From an uncultured Bacilli bacterium (GTDB lineage: Bacteria > Bacillota_I > Bacilli_A > RF39 > UBA660), in NCBI GenBank assembly GCA_947627405.1, contig CANQVY010000001.1:1-30492 (forward strand): a stretch of 30,492 bases of DNA, in the 5' to 3' direction. Both the position numbers and the translations under genes were made by a program. Of the stretch, positions 19,401-27,136 are shown piece after piece (position 1 is the first letter of the stretch; each line of letters starts with the position of its first letter). The notes under the pieces were generated by a model that saw only the letters and a program-made list of their open reading frames with translations, was not told the origin of the DNA and searched no databases.

Positions 19401-19765
19401 TTAATCAAATTGATTCTTTAGAAAAATTAAAAGAAGTAAAAGCAATAATCGAAGATCGTTTTGGTAAAGTAAATGAGGATTTATTAATCTATATGCATGA
19501 AGAATGGTTTGAAAAAATATCCAAAACTTTAGAAGTTGAAAAGGTAAATAAAACAAAGAATTTTATCGATGTTGTATTTAGTGAAAATATTTCTGGTAAA
19601 ATTAATGTTGAAAAATTATTTATGGATGCCTTTTCTATTTCAAAAATGTTTCGATTTCAAAGCAAAAATAATAAATTACATATTATTTTAGATACAATTA
19701 AGTTAGAAAAACATTATATTTATTATTTAACAAAATTAATGGATTCAATAGAATTTCTTGACTAG
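16487..19765 (+). CDS. mfd: Transcription-repair coupling factor
   Basis: RGFVIDIF, RIEFFGDE, VHSIHGIG (RID), GDVGYGKT, DEEQRFG, TATPIPRT and QIRGRVGR. Confidence 0.98.
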   Translation: MSIFQKLIEITHKENISITGLTDEFFCAYLYTYLKKYNQDILVVVPSLYEANKLYNSLGNYSSECLLFPMDDFLTSEAISISPDLKISRLECLNELIIAKREPKIVITHLDGYLRFLPCKEKYIQSIIALEKDQIIDPKKLVSQLIQIGYKRETLVTTTGEIGVRGFVIDIFPLGENHPVRIEFFGDEIESIRYFDENTQKSIAEVKKMVIRPNTEDIFDDNSFQAHKFLSITNKQLVNIEDYLHNYTVFYKDKNQLEAAYEKMEMEAFDYKIEKDKLFSGIYFLSFKNLYKDDAIKYYSIDNYFNDKNVISFDCKEVPDFHSDIHLIDAYINKQIKNQYTICICVKKSKFNNIKKYLSSSLYETTLENIKEHSINLVDFDLNSGFIYKKYIFISAKELFKEVSRIKYKTKLKYTSKINDINKLNIGDYIVHSIHGIGIYNGITSLKKGELIKDYLEILYKDKDKLYIPVEKIDFISKFCGKEGVVPKINKLGGNEWHKTKMRIRDKVRNIASTLLNIYANRKLKEGYAFSKDTDLQIEFEQEFPYEYTPDQELVTKQIKQDMESKIPMDRLLCGDVGYGKTEVAFRAMFKAVCDSKQVLYLCPTTILSNQVYENAKERFQNFPVSIGLLNRFTSGKQTKNIIDSLKNGTIDIVIGTHRILSEDVQPKDLGLLVIDEEQRFGVLHKEKIKQYKSNVDVLTLTATPIPRTLQMSMVGLRSLSMIETPPIDRYPVQTYVIEDNDQIVKDAIYKELSRGGQVFLLYNRVESIETEAKKIAHLVKDARVVFAHGQMNKLELETKMQSFIDGNYDVLVCTTIIETGIDIPNVNTLIIKDADKFGLAQLYQIRGRVGRSNKIAYAYLMYEGNRILTETALKRLNAIKDFTELGSGFSIATRDLSIRGAGDILGSQQAGFIDSIGIDLYIKILNEEVEKLKGNFVEEERDEPPFVDVSTHIDDDYVDDADLKIEIHKLINQIDSLEKLKEVKAIIEDRFGKVNEDLLIYMHEEWFEKISKTLEVEKVNKTKNFIDVVFSENISGKINVEKLFMDAFSISKMFRFQSKNNKLHIILDTIKLEKHYIYYLTKLMDSIEFLD

Positions 19766-19810
19766 AATTTTAAAACTTGATATCTTATTAATATAAGATA
19801 GGTGTTGTAT

Positions 19811-20377
19811 ATGAGTGATGCAGATGTAAAAATGATATTAAAAGAAAAGAATATTGAAATAACTAAAAACAAGTTAATACTTGATGTGGAAAATAATATT
19901 GATTCTTTAAAAAGAAATATAGAAAATATATTTTATTTAGAAATAAATTATATAGAAAAAATTTTATTAAATGATTATCATTTTGCTGATGAGAAATTCA
20001 TGGACAATATAAAAGAAAAGAGTTTACAATTGATTGAACCTACTGAACAAAAGTTTATCTCTTTATGTAGAGAATTTATTTATAAGCAATCTCTAAATAA
20101 GAATTTCTATATAAGGTATGAAAAATATTTGCACACATTAGATACTATTTTTGAAGAACCAATCTTAGGGTTTGTTCATGATCTTCGTTATTTAATAAAA
20201 AAATTTATCGATGATGAAGAAAAAACTCAAATTGTATATAAAGTTTTAAATAAAAAATATAAAGATCGTATTTTACTTAAAGTAAATATCCAAGTAAAAG
20301 AAAGAAATAATATTATTATAAATAATGCAAAAGAAACGTACAAAAAATATTTATTATTAGATAAAAATACAAAATAA
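19811..20377 (+). CDS. Hypothetical soluble protein (188 aa)
   Basis: Open frame with SD AGGTG before ATG 19811 and its own terminator. No motif recognised. Confidence 0.7.
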   Translation: MSDADVKMILKEKNIEITKNKLILDVENNIDSLKRNIENIFYLEINYIEKILLNDYHFADEKFMDNIKEKSLQLIEPTEQKFISLCREFIYKQSLNKNFYIRYEKYLHTLDTIFEEPILGFVHDLRYLIKKFIDDEEKTQIVYKVLNKKYKDRILLKVNIQVKERNNIIINNAKETYKKYLLLDKNTK

Positions 20378-20398
20378 GAGTTTCATACTCTTTTTTTT
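20376..20398 (+). terminator. Intrinsic terminator
   Basis: AAGAGT-TTCAT-ACTCTT followed by a T-run. Confidence 0.75.
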
Positions 20399-20484
20399 AT
20401 TTTAATTAACAAAATGGAAATATTTACCACAAGAATTCTCTACATATTAAGCTTATAATATATATGAAAGAAAATAAAAATCAT

Positions 20485-20514
20485 GTATAAAAAAAGATTT
20501 CAGTGGGAACATAA
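20485..20514 (+). promoter_or_regulatory. Possible forespore (sigma-F/G type) promoter of spoVT
   Basis: GTATA, N15, GGGAACATAA. One mismatch at the conserved T of the -10. Confidence 0.3.
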
Positions 20515-20536
20515 GATGTAGAAAGTGGTGATATAT

Positions 20537-21067
20537 TTGAAGGCAACAGGAGTGGTTAGACGTATTGACGATTTAGGCAGAATTGTGATTCCAAAAGAGA
20601 TGAGAAGAACGTTGCGAATACGAGAAGGAGAAGCGTTAGAAATTTTTGTAGATAATGACTTTGTAGCATTAAAAAAATATTCTCCTATGAATGATTTAGA
20701 GGATTTTGCAAAAATATTAGTAGAATCGGTATATGGCAGCATTAATAATAATATATTAGTAACAGATAGAGATAAATATATTGCTGTAGCAGGATCTTTA
20801 AAGAAGAAATATTTAAAAAAGAGCATAAGTTCTAATTTAGAAACCTTAATTGATAAAAGAAGTATTGCCATTGAAAAAGATTTAGAAGATTTGGAGCTTT
20901 CCCCAGGTGAATTTGAAAAAGGAAGTTATACAATTCATCCCATTATAATGAATGGGGATGCGATTGGATTAGTCATTATTTTCTCAATAAATAAGAATAT
21001 TACGGATACAGAGGTTAAAATATCACAAATTATTTCTCAAATTTTAGGAAAACATATTGAAGAATAA
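20537..21067 (+). CDS. spoVT: Stage V sporulation protein T (AbrB-like N-domain plus GAF)
   Basis: MKATGVVRRIDDLGRIVIPKE-RRTLRIREG, LKKYSP, VTDRD and PII-NGDAIG. TTG start at 20537 matches the family N-terminus. Confidence 0.93.
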   Translation: MKATGVVRRIDDLGRIVIPKEMRRTLRIREGEALEIFVDNDFVALKKYSPMNDLEDFAKILVESVYGSINNNILVTDRDKYIAVAGSLKKKYLKKSISSNLETLIDKRSIAIEKDLEDLELSPGEFEKGSYTIHPIIMNGDAIGLVIIFSINKNITDTEVKISQIISQILGKHIEE

Positions 21068-21085
21068 AAAAATATATGTTATACT
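21057..21085 (+). promoter_or_regulatory. sigma-A promoter of metG
   Basis: TTGAAG (21057-21062), 17 bp spacer, TATACT (21080-21085), with TG extension. Confidence 0.7.
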
Positions 21086-21091
21086 TTAGCC

Positions 21092-21316
21092 ATATTTAAA
21101 AGTTTTGAAGGAAAGAGTATATAAAAATTGCTATTATAGAGAGCTTTGTTAGGTGAAAGAAAGTATAGCATATTTATAGAACATGGTTCTGGAACTTACT
21201 TCTCGATATTTAGATTAGTACGTTAACTACGTTAAAAGTTTTAGAGAGTATGATTTTATATCATAAATTAAGGTGGTAACACGGTAACTCGTCCTTTTGC
21301 TAGGATGAGTTTTTTC
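21092..21316 (+). promoter_or_regulatory. Met T-box riboswitch
   Basis: AGAGAGC and GGTGAAAG stem-I motifs. Specifier ATG at 21183-21185. T-box AAGGTGGTAACACG at about 21270-21283. Terminator ACTCGTCCT/AGGATGAGT plus T-run at 21286-21316. Confidence 0.93.
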
Positions 21317-21346
21317 TTTCAAGACAATAGAACAGGAGAGGATTAA

Positions 21347-22870
21347 ATGAAAAAGAACACTTATTATATAACAACGCCAATCTATTATCCAAGCGCTAAT
21401 TTTCATATTGGACATTGTTATACAACAATAATTGCTGATTCAATTGCAAGGTATAAAAGAATGCAAGGATATGATGTTTGTTTTCAAACAGGAACAGATG
21501 AGCATGGTCAAAAAATAGCTACAAGAGCAAAAGAGGCGGGATTAGATCCAAAATCTTATGTGGATAATATTGTAGAAAATGCGAAAGATTTATGGAAATC
21601 TTTAAATATATCTTATGATAAATTTATTCGAACAACAGATAAATTTCATGAATTAGCTGTACAGAAAATATTTACAAAGTTATATGAGCAGGGAGATATT
21701 TATAAAGGAGAATATAAAGGATTATATTGTACGCCGTGTGAATCTTTTTGGACTTCTACACAATTGATAGATGGTAAATGTCCCGATTGTGGAAGAGAAG
21801 TACATGAAGTAAAGGAAGAAGCATATTTTTTAAAATTATCCAATTATGCGGATCAATTAGTAAAATATATTGAGATGCATCCAGATTTTATTCAACCAGA
21901 ATCTAGAAAAAATGAAATGATTAATAATTTTATTAAACCAGGCCTTGAAGATTTATGCGTTTCAAGAACTAGTTTTAGTTGGGGGATTCAAGTTCCATTT
22001 GATCCTAAGCATGTGGTTTATGTATGGTTAGATGCATTAACAAATTATATTACTTCTTTAGGGTATATGAGCGATGATGATACCGAATTCAAAAAATATT
22101 GGCCAGCGGATTTACATTTGGTTGGAAAAGAAATTACGCGTTTTCATACTATTGTATGGCCTATCTTGTTAATGGCATTGGATTTACCAATTCCTAAACA
22201 AGTTTTTGGGCATGGTTGGTTAGTTATTAATGGAGGTAAAATTTCCAAATCACTTGGAAATTATAAAGATCCCAGAGAATATATTAAAGAATATGGAGTA
22301 GATGCTGTTCGTTATTTTGTATTAAGGGAAGTCCCTTTTGGCAATGATGGTACATTTTCTGAAGAAGCTTTAATTCATAGAACTAATGCCGATTTAGCCA
22401 ACAATTTAGGTAATTTAGTTAATCGAACCATTTCAATGGCTAATAAATATTTTGATGGCCAAATAGCTAATAAACACGAGAAAGAATCTATTGATAAGGA
22501 ATTATTCGATGCAGTAAATAAGGTAAATCAAATAGTGAAAGAAAAGATGGAACTTTTGCATGTAAGCGAAGCTTTAGAATCTATATTTGATGTTCTTAGA
22601 CGAAGCAATAAATATATCGACGAGACTACTCCTTGGATATTAGCAAAGGATGAATCAAACAGAAATCGATTAGAAACAGTTCTTTATAATTTATTAGAAT
22701 CTATACGTGTTTGTGCTACTTTGTTAGCGCCTTATCTTCCTGATACATCAAAAAAAATTAAGGAACAGTTAAATAATTTTGAGTCAAGTGACAATTACTT
22801 AGAAAACAATCATTATCAAGTAAATATTCCTACTCCTTTATTTCAAAGAATTGATAAAAAGGTAGAATAA
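21347..22870 (+). CDS. metG: Methionine--tRNA ligase (short form)
   Basis: YITTPIYYPS, HIGH, TGTDEHG, CTPC/CPDC knuckle, YVWLDAL and KISKS. Confidence 0.98.
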   Translation: MKKNTYYITTPIYYPSANFHIGHCYTTIIADSIARYKRMQGYDVCFQTGTDEHGQKIATRAKEAGLDPKSYVDNIVENAKDLWKSLNISYDKFIRTTDKFHELAVQKIFTKLYEQGDIYKGEYKGLYCTPCESFWTSTQLIDGKCPDCGREVHEVKEEAYFLKLSNYADQLVKYIEMHPDFIQPESRKNEMINNFIKPGLEDLCVSRTSFSWGIQVPFDPKHVVYVWLDALTNYITSLGYMSDDDTEFKKYWPADLHLVGKEITRFHTIVWPILLMALDLPIPKQVFGHGWLVINGGKISKSLGNYKDPREYIKEYGVDAVRYFVLREVPFGNDGTFSEEALIHRTNADLANNLGNLVNRTISMANKYFDGQIANKHEKESIDKELFDAVNKVNQIVKEKMELLHVSEALESIFDVLRRSNKYIDETTPWILAKDESNRNRLETVLYNLLESIRVCATLLAPYLPDTSKKIKEQLNNFESSDNYLENNHYQVNIPTPLFQRIDKKVE

Positions 22871-22981
22871 TTGTAAACTTTTATGTAAATCTGAAAAATA
22901 ATTTGTATATTATATTTCCTTGTCTATTACTTTATGATATATTACTAAAGTAGTATAAAAAGCATTAGGAAAGGGAACTTT

Positions 22982-23137
22982 ATGAAAATCAAAATTAATG
23001 TAGTCTCGATTGCGTTAATTTGTGCTATTTTAGCTGTTGCTGTTTTATATTATGCTAAAAGAAATATTGTTGATTTAGTTTATTTAATATTTTTAATTAC
23101 GCAATTAATAAGATATATTCGTAGTGATTTAAGTTGA
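22982..23137 (+). CDS. Small two-TM membrane protein (51 aa), not in ORF track
   Basis: MKIKINVVSIALICAILAVAVLYYAKRNIVDLVYLIFLITQLIRYIRSDLS. Strong SD AGGAAAGGGA; fills an otherwise empty intergenic region. Confidence 0.7.
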   Translation: MKIKINVVSIALICAILAVAVLYYAKRNIVDLVYLIFLITQLIRYIRSDLS

Positions 23138-23157
23138 TATGAATATATCTTTTTTAG

Positions 23158-23166
23158 TGGTATAAT
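23158..23166 (+). promoter_or_regulatory. Extended -10 promoter of tatD
   Basis: TGGTATAAT. Confidence 0.5.
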
Positions 23167-23195
23167 AAGAATAGAGAAATAAGAGTGGTGAGAAT

Positions 23196-23954
23196 ATGTT
23201 TATAGATACACATTTACATTTATCAACTGAGGATTATCATATCGATGAAATCAAAGATATTTTAAGACAGGCAAGAAGAAATGGGGTAAAAAAATATATC
23301 GTTTGTGGATGTAGTAAAAGTGAAATTAAAAATGTGTTAAAAATCTATCCGCAGATGCGTAGTATTTCCTTTGCATTTGGATATCATCCTGAGTTTGCTG
23401 ATAGCATTACTAAGCAAGACTTATTAGAATTACAAGAATTCATCTGTCATGATCGTGTAGTAGCTATTGGAGAAATTGGATTAGATTATCATTATAACAA
23501 TGAAAATAGGCAGCAACAACAGAAAATATTTCGGGAACAACTCCAGTTAGCTGAAAAATTAAATTTGCCGGTAACTATTCACTCAAGAGATGCAATAGAA
23601 GATACTTATCAAATATTATCTCAATATCATGTGAAAGGAGTTATTCATTGCTTTAGTGGAAGTCTTGAAATGGCACAAAAATTTATTAAATTAGGTTTTT
23701 ATCTAGGTATAGGAGGAGTGATTACTTTTAAAAATAGCAAATTAAAAAACGTGATTGCTAAAATAGGACTTGAACATGTTGTTTTAGAAACCGATTCTCC
23801 CTATTTGTCTCCAGAACCATATCGGGGAAAGAAAAATGGCCCTCAAAATATTTATCATATTGCTTGTTTTCTTGCTGATTTATTAAATATTTCTATAGAA
23901 GAAGTAGCAAAAATAACTACAACAAATGCAATGTGTATATTTGACTTGAAGTAA
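23196..23954 (+). CDS. tatD: TatD family deoxyribonuclease
   Basis: IDTHLH, GYHP, AIGEIGLDY, IHSR, VIHCFSG and LETDSPYL. Confidence 0.97.
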   Translation: MFIDTHLHLSTEDYHIDEIKDILRQARRNGVKKYIVCGCSKSEIKNVLKIYPQMRSISFAFGYHPEFADSITKQDLLELQEFICHDRVVAIGEIGLDYHYNNENRQQQQKIFREQLQLAEKLNLPVTIHSRDAIEDTYQILSQYHVKGVIHCFSGSLEMAQKFIKLGFYLGIGGVITFKNSKLKNVIAKIGLEHVVLETDSPYLSPEPYRGKKNGPQNIYHIACFLADLLNISIEEVAKITTTNAMCIFDLK

Positions 23955-23969
23955 TAGATATGTTATACT
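23941..23969 (+). promoter_or_regulatory. Strong sigma-A promoter of the 3D-domain gene and first pilin-like gene
   Basis: TTGACT (23941-23946), 17 bp spacer, TATACT (23964-23969), with TG extension. Confidence 0.75.
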
Positions 23970-24001
23970 TTTAATAGTGTTATATAATGGATGGTGGTTT
24001 T

Positions 24002-24589
24002 ATGAAACAGCTTACTATTATGCTTAGTAAACGTTTTCTAATATTCCTATTTATAATAATGTGTATGTTTGTTATTTCAACTGGAAATAAAAGAACAACA
24101 ATTTTAGCGAATAACAAAAATAATGTAAAATCGGTACAGGCTGTACATATTGTTAATAAATACAATAGTCTTCTCGAAAATGCTAAGCCGGTTGAAGTAA
24201 AATCTTTAGCCGCAGCAGTTAAAATAGCACCAAAGAAATCGGTAGCATTTTCAGGAAGTATGACAGCTTATGGTCCAGATTGTCCAGGATGTGGGGGCAG
24301 AACGAGTTGTCCTCCTAGGCAAAATCTATCTAACGGGAATGTTTATTTTAAAGATAAGGATTATGGTACTGTACGTATTTTAGCAAGTGATTCTTCATTG
24401 CCATGTGGAACGATTGTTAAAGTTTCGAATATTTCTATAACAAATTCTTATATATATGGTGTGGTATTAGATAGAGGGTCTGCAATAAAAGGAACAGTAA
24501 TGGATATAATGTATGAATCAGAAAGGAAAGCTTTATCCTTTGGAAGACAATATAATGTAAGATATGAGATCGTGAGATGGGGCTGGTAA
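24002..24589 (+). CDS. 3D-domain cell-wall protein (YabE-like) with N-terminal membrane anchor or signal
   Basis: TAY..C..C, ILASD, LPCGT-V-V and VLDRG-AIKG--MDI (three Asp). Syntenic with yabE after tatD. Confidence 0.85.
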   Translation: MKQLTIMLSKRFLIFLFIIMCMFVISTGNKRTTILANNKNNVKSVQAVHIVNKYNSLLENAKPVEVKSLAAAVKIAPKKSVAFSGSMTAYGPDCPGCGGRTSCPPRQNLSNGNVYFKDKDYGTVRILASDSSLPCGTIVKVSNISITNSYIYGVVLDRGSAIKGTVMDIMYESERKALSFGRQYNVRYEIVRWGW

Positions 24590-24593
24590 AATT

Positions 24594-25226
24594 ATGAAAG
24601 AAAAAAAAGAAAGTGCAAAACGAATTGTTTTTACAATACTTGGTATTCTATTATTAATATGTAGTGTAATGATTGTTGGATTTGCTATTTTTGTATTTGA
24701 AGATACTTCAAATCATGATAATTCTATTACTACGGGGACAAATCCAGAGGGAACCCTTTCTTTTGCTTATAATGAAAATAGCAATGGAGTCGAGTTAATG
24801 AATGCAATTCCCATTGATGATGTAACGGGGAAAAAACTTACCAATAGTGATAAAGCTAAAGGAATTAACCAAGGTTATTTTGATTTTTCCATCAGGGCTA
24901 GTGGAACATCTGCAGGGAAAATAAAATATCAAATCTATGCTACATTAGAAAATGATAGTAATATGGATACGAAATACATAAAAGTATATTTAACAGATGA
25001 TAAAAATAATCCATATCGCGGGTATGATTCGGATGTTCCTGTTTTTTCCTCATTAGATAAATATAGTAGCCAAAAAAATTCAAAAATATTATATTCTGAT
25101 GAAATAAATGTTAAAGAAGATGTAATCAAAAGATTTCGATTGAGATTGTGGGTAGCTAAAGATTATTCAGATGGTGCGACTTCTAAGACATTTAAAATAA
25201 AAGTGAATGTAAGAGCGACTGCTTAA
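24594..25226 (+). CDS. TasA/CalY-like SipW-dependent secreted protein (pilin-like 1)
   Basis: Basic N-region and hydrophobic core, then GFA-IF...NSITTG. Beta-rich; clear paralog of 25287-25907. Confidence 0.65.
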   Translation: MKEKKESAKRIVFTILGILLLICSVMIVGFAIFVFEDTSNHDNSITTGTNPEGTLSFAYNENSNGVELMNAIPIDDVTGKKLTNSDKAKGINQGYFDFSIRASGTSAGKIKYQIYATLENDSNMDTKYIKVYLTDDKNNPYRGYDSDVPVFSSLDKYSSQKNSKILYSDEINVKEDVIKRFRLRLWVAKDYSDGATSKTFKIKVNVRATA

Positions 25227-25231
25227 ATAGG

Positions 25232-25253
25232 AAAAGTGGTTGCTTTTTTTTTT
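25232..25253 (+). terminator. Intrinsic terminator after pilin-like 1
   Basis: AAAAGT-GGTT-GCTTTT plus a T10 run. Confidence 0.55.
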
Positions 25254-25268
25254 AATATCATGTATTAT
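25240..25268 (+). promoter_or_regulatory. sigma-A promoter of pilin-like 2
   Basis: TTGCTT, 17 bp spacer, TATTAT. A further TATAAT lies at 25269-25274. Confidence 0.6.
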
Positions 25269-25286
25269 TATAATAGGTGATGGCAC

Positions 25287-25907
25287 ATGAATACAAATGA
25301 AGAAAGAGAATATAAAAACGATTCAAAAAGTATTTTATTAATGGTTTTAGGAGTAGCTATTTTAGTTGTAGCGGTTATTGGTGTTTCTTTTGCAGCTTTT
25401 GCCGCCTCTAAAGCAACAAGTAATGTAAATACACTTACAACAGGAGCAATTTCTATGGCCTTTCAAGATACGACTTATATTGATATACATAATGCAATGC
25501 CAATATCTGATAAAGAAGGGATGGCTTTAACAGGTGATTATAACACGATGAAATTTACTGTATCTGCAAATGTATCAGGTAGTACTACAATTGATTATGT
25601 AATTTCTGCAGTTGATGTGACCGATCAAAATGGAAATAAAATTCCTGAAAAATATTTAAAAATCTATATGACGGGTGAAGGCTCTATTATTTCCACACCA
25701 AAATTATATAGTGATTTGGAAAATGTTCAGCATGAAGATCAAGTGGATAAGGTATTAGCGCATAGCTCTTTTGTAACAACTGCTTCTTCAGCACAAGAGT
25801 ATAAAAAAGATTATGAATTAAAAATGTGGATAGATGAAAAGGCAGTAATTGGAAAAGATCCAATGACATTTAAAATAAGAGTTAGATTAGATGCTGAGCA
25901 AAAATAG
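25287..25907 (+). CDS. TasA/CalY-like SipW-dependent secreted protein (pilin-like 2)
   Basis: IGVSFA-AF...NTLTTGAISM resembles TasA GTWA-AF...TFASGTLDL and CalY NNTFAAGTLDL. Adjacent to sipW. Confidence 0.75.
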   Translation: MNTNEEREYKNDSKSILLMVLGVAILVVAVIGVSFAAFAASKATSNVNTLTTGAISMAFQDTTYIDIHNAMPISDKEGMALTGDYNTMKFTVSANVSGSTTIDYVISAVDVTDQNGNKIPEKYLKIYMTGEGSIISTPKLYSDLENVQHEDQVDKVLAHSSFVTTASSAQEYKKDYELKMWIDEKAVIGKDPMTFKIRVRLDAEQK

Positions 25908-25921
25908 ACTTAGTCTTTTTT
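25901..25921 (+). terminator. Weak intrinsic terminator after pilin-like 2
   Basis: AGAC-TTA-GTCT flanked by A and T tracts. Confidence 0.35.
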
Positions 25922-25960
25922 GTTTTCATATTATATAAAAGAATAATTTGGGGTGAGTCT

Positions 25961-26599
25961 ATGGACAAAACAATGTTAAAAAAGATAGGCGATATATTAC
26001 ATTTCGTTGCTAAAACACTATTATATGTAGTCTTTGTTTTCATGGTTTTTATCATTTTTGTAATTGCTTGTTATGTTATAGGAATTCAAAGAAATTTAAA
26101 AAATAATAATTATGAGGCACCATTATATAGTGCATACGTTATTGTCAGTCCTAGTATGCATCCAACAATCAAAGTAAATGATGCAGTTATTGTAAAAAGA
26201 ACAAGTGCTAAAAAAATAAAAGAGGGAGACATTATTACGTTTGTTTCTAGTGATACAAGAACTTCAGGAATTACCATTACTCATCGAGTTATAGAAGTAT
26301 TAAAGGATAGTGATGGAAATCGATTGTTTCGAACAAAAGGGGATAACAATAATGTTGCGGATTCCTCTTTAGTTAAAGAAAACGATTTATCGGGAAAAGT
26401 TATTATGAAAATTCCAAAAATTGGTTATATTCAATATTTTATTTCTAGAAAATATGGATGGATCATTGCGGTTGTAATTCCATGTTTGGGTATTATTATT
26501 TATGATATATTAAAGATCATTAAAACGATTTCAAGTGGTTTTATTCCGAATCAAAAAAAAGATAAAAAATATAAAGGTAAGAAGGAGAAGAATTTATGA
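25961..26599 (+). CDS. sipW: Signal peptidase I, SipW (ER/archaeal, Ser-His) type
   Basis: N-terminal TM, VIVSPSMHP (Ser), GDIITF, ITHRV (His), FRTKGDNN--AD, IPKIGY and C-terminal TM. Confidence 0.93.
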   Translation: MDKTMLKKIGDILHFVAKTLLYVVFVFMVFIIFVIACYVIGIQRNLKNNNYEAPLYSAYVIVSPSMHPTIKVNDAVIVKRTSAKKIKEGDIITFVSSDTRTSGITITHRVIEVLKDSDGNRLFRTKGDNNNVADSSLVKENDLSGKVIMKIPKIGYIQYFISRKYGWIIAVVIPCLGIIIYDILKIIKTISSGFIPNQKKDKKYKGKKEKNL

Positions 26600-27126
26600 A
26601 AAAGAATCGAGTATGTTTATGTATAGCTTTAGCGTTTTTAATTATTTTATTTACTTTTTTCTCTACATTCATGTGGTATAAATTCTTTGATAAGAATACT
26701 GAAGAAAAACCAATAGTAAATCAGTTATATATAAGCAACAATGCACAACAAGTAGTAGAACATGTTGGCGTTGATGATGAAAATGATATCAATAATGCTT
26801 CGGATGCTTATTCTTTTTCTGTAGAGAATACAAGCAAAAGGAATCTTACTTATCAATTAAAAATTAATGAAATCGCTCCTTCTTTGTTAACAGATGGATG
26901 TATGCAAGAGGATTTATTAACAAGAGATCAATTAATCTATCAATTGAAATGTAATGGAAGCGTAATTACAAAGGAAAGTATGACAAATATCAAAGATAAT
27001 ACAATTGATATTAAAACAATAAAAGCGGGTGCGGTCAATAATTATGAATTAACTTTTTGGGTAGATCATAATCAAAAAGATTATTTGAATAAGCATTATC
27101 ATTATGAAATAAATTTATCTGTATAG
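26596..27126 (+). CDS. Divergent pilin-like protein 3
   Basis: N-terminal hydrophobic helix. YSFSVEN, LTYQLKI, YELTFWV and terminal YHYEINLSV match the strand pattern of the two paralogs. ATGA overlap with sipW. Confidence 0.55.
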   Translation: MKKNRVCLCIALAFLIILFTFFSTFMWYKFFDKNTEEKPIVNQLYISNNAQQVVEHVGVDDENDINNASDAYSFSVENTSKRNLTYQLKINEIAPSLLTDGCMQEDLLTRDQLIYQLKCNGSVITKESMTNIKDNTIDIKTIKAGAVNNYELTFWVDHNQKDYLNKHYHYEINLSV

Positions 27127-27136
27127 GGGTGATTCG

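Noticed and set aside
20414-20490. Tiny ORFs MEIFTTRILYILSL and MKENKNHV upstream of spoVT
   Set aside because: No SD, and ORFs this short are expected by chance in AT-rich DNA.
4416-25869. All minus-strand ORFs in the track (e.g. 4416-4754, 4961-5230, 5544-5771, 7027-7263, 8233-8448, 9467-9691, 10452-10724, 11901-12101, 12213-12488, 16533-16721, 20500-20871, 21227-21415, 23980-24165, 24935-25129, 25687-25869)
   Set aside because: They are antisense shadows of well-supported genes or of the T-box, with no recognisable motifs.
26385-26400. Partial NBS-like sequence ATTTATCGGGAAAA in sipW
   Set aside because: Three mismatches and not palindromic.
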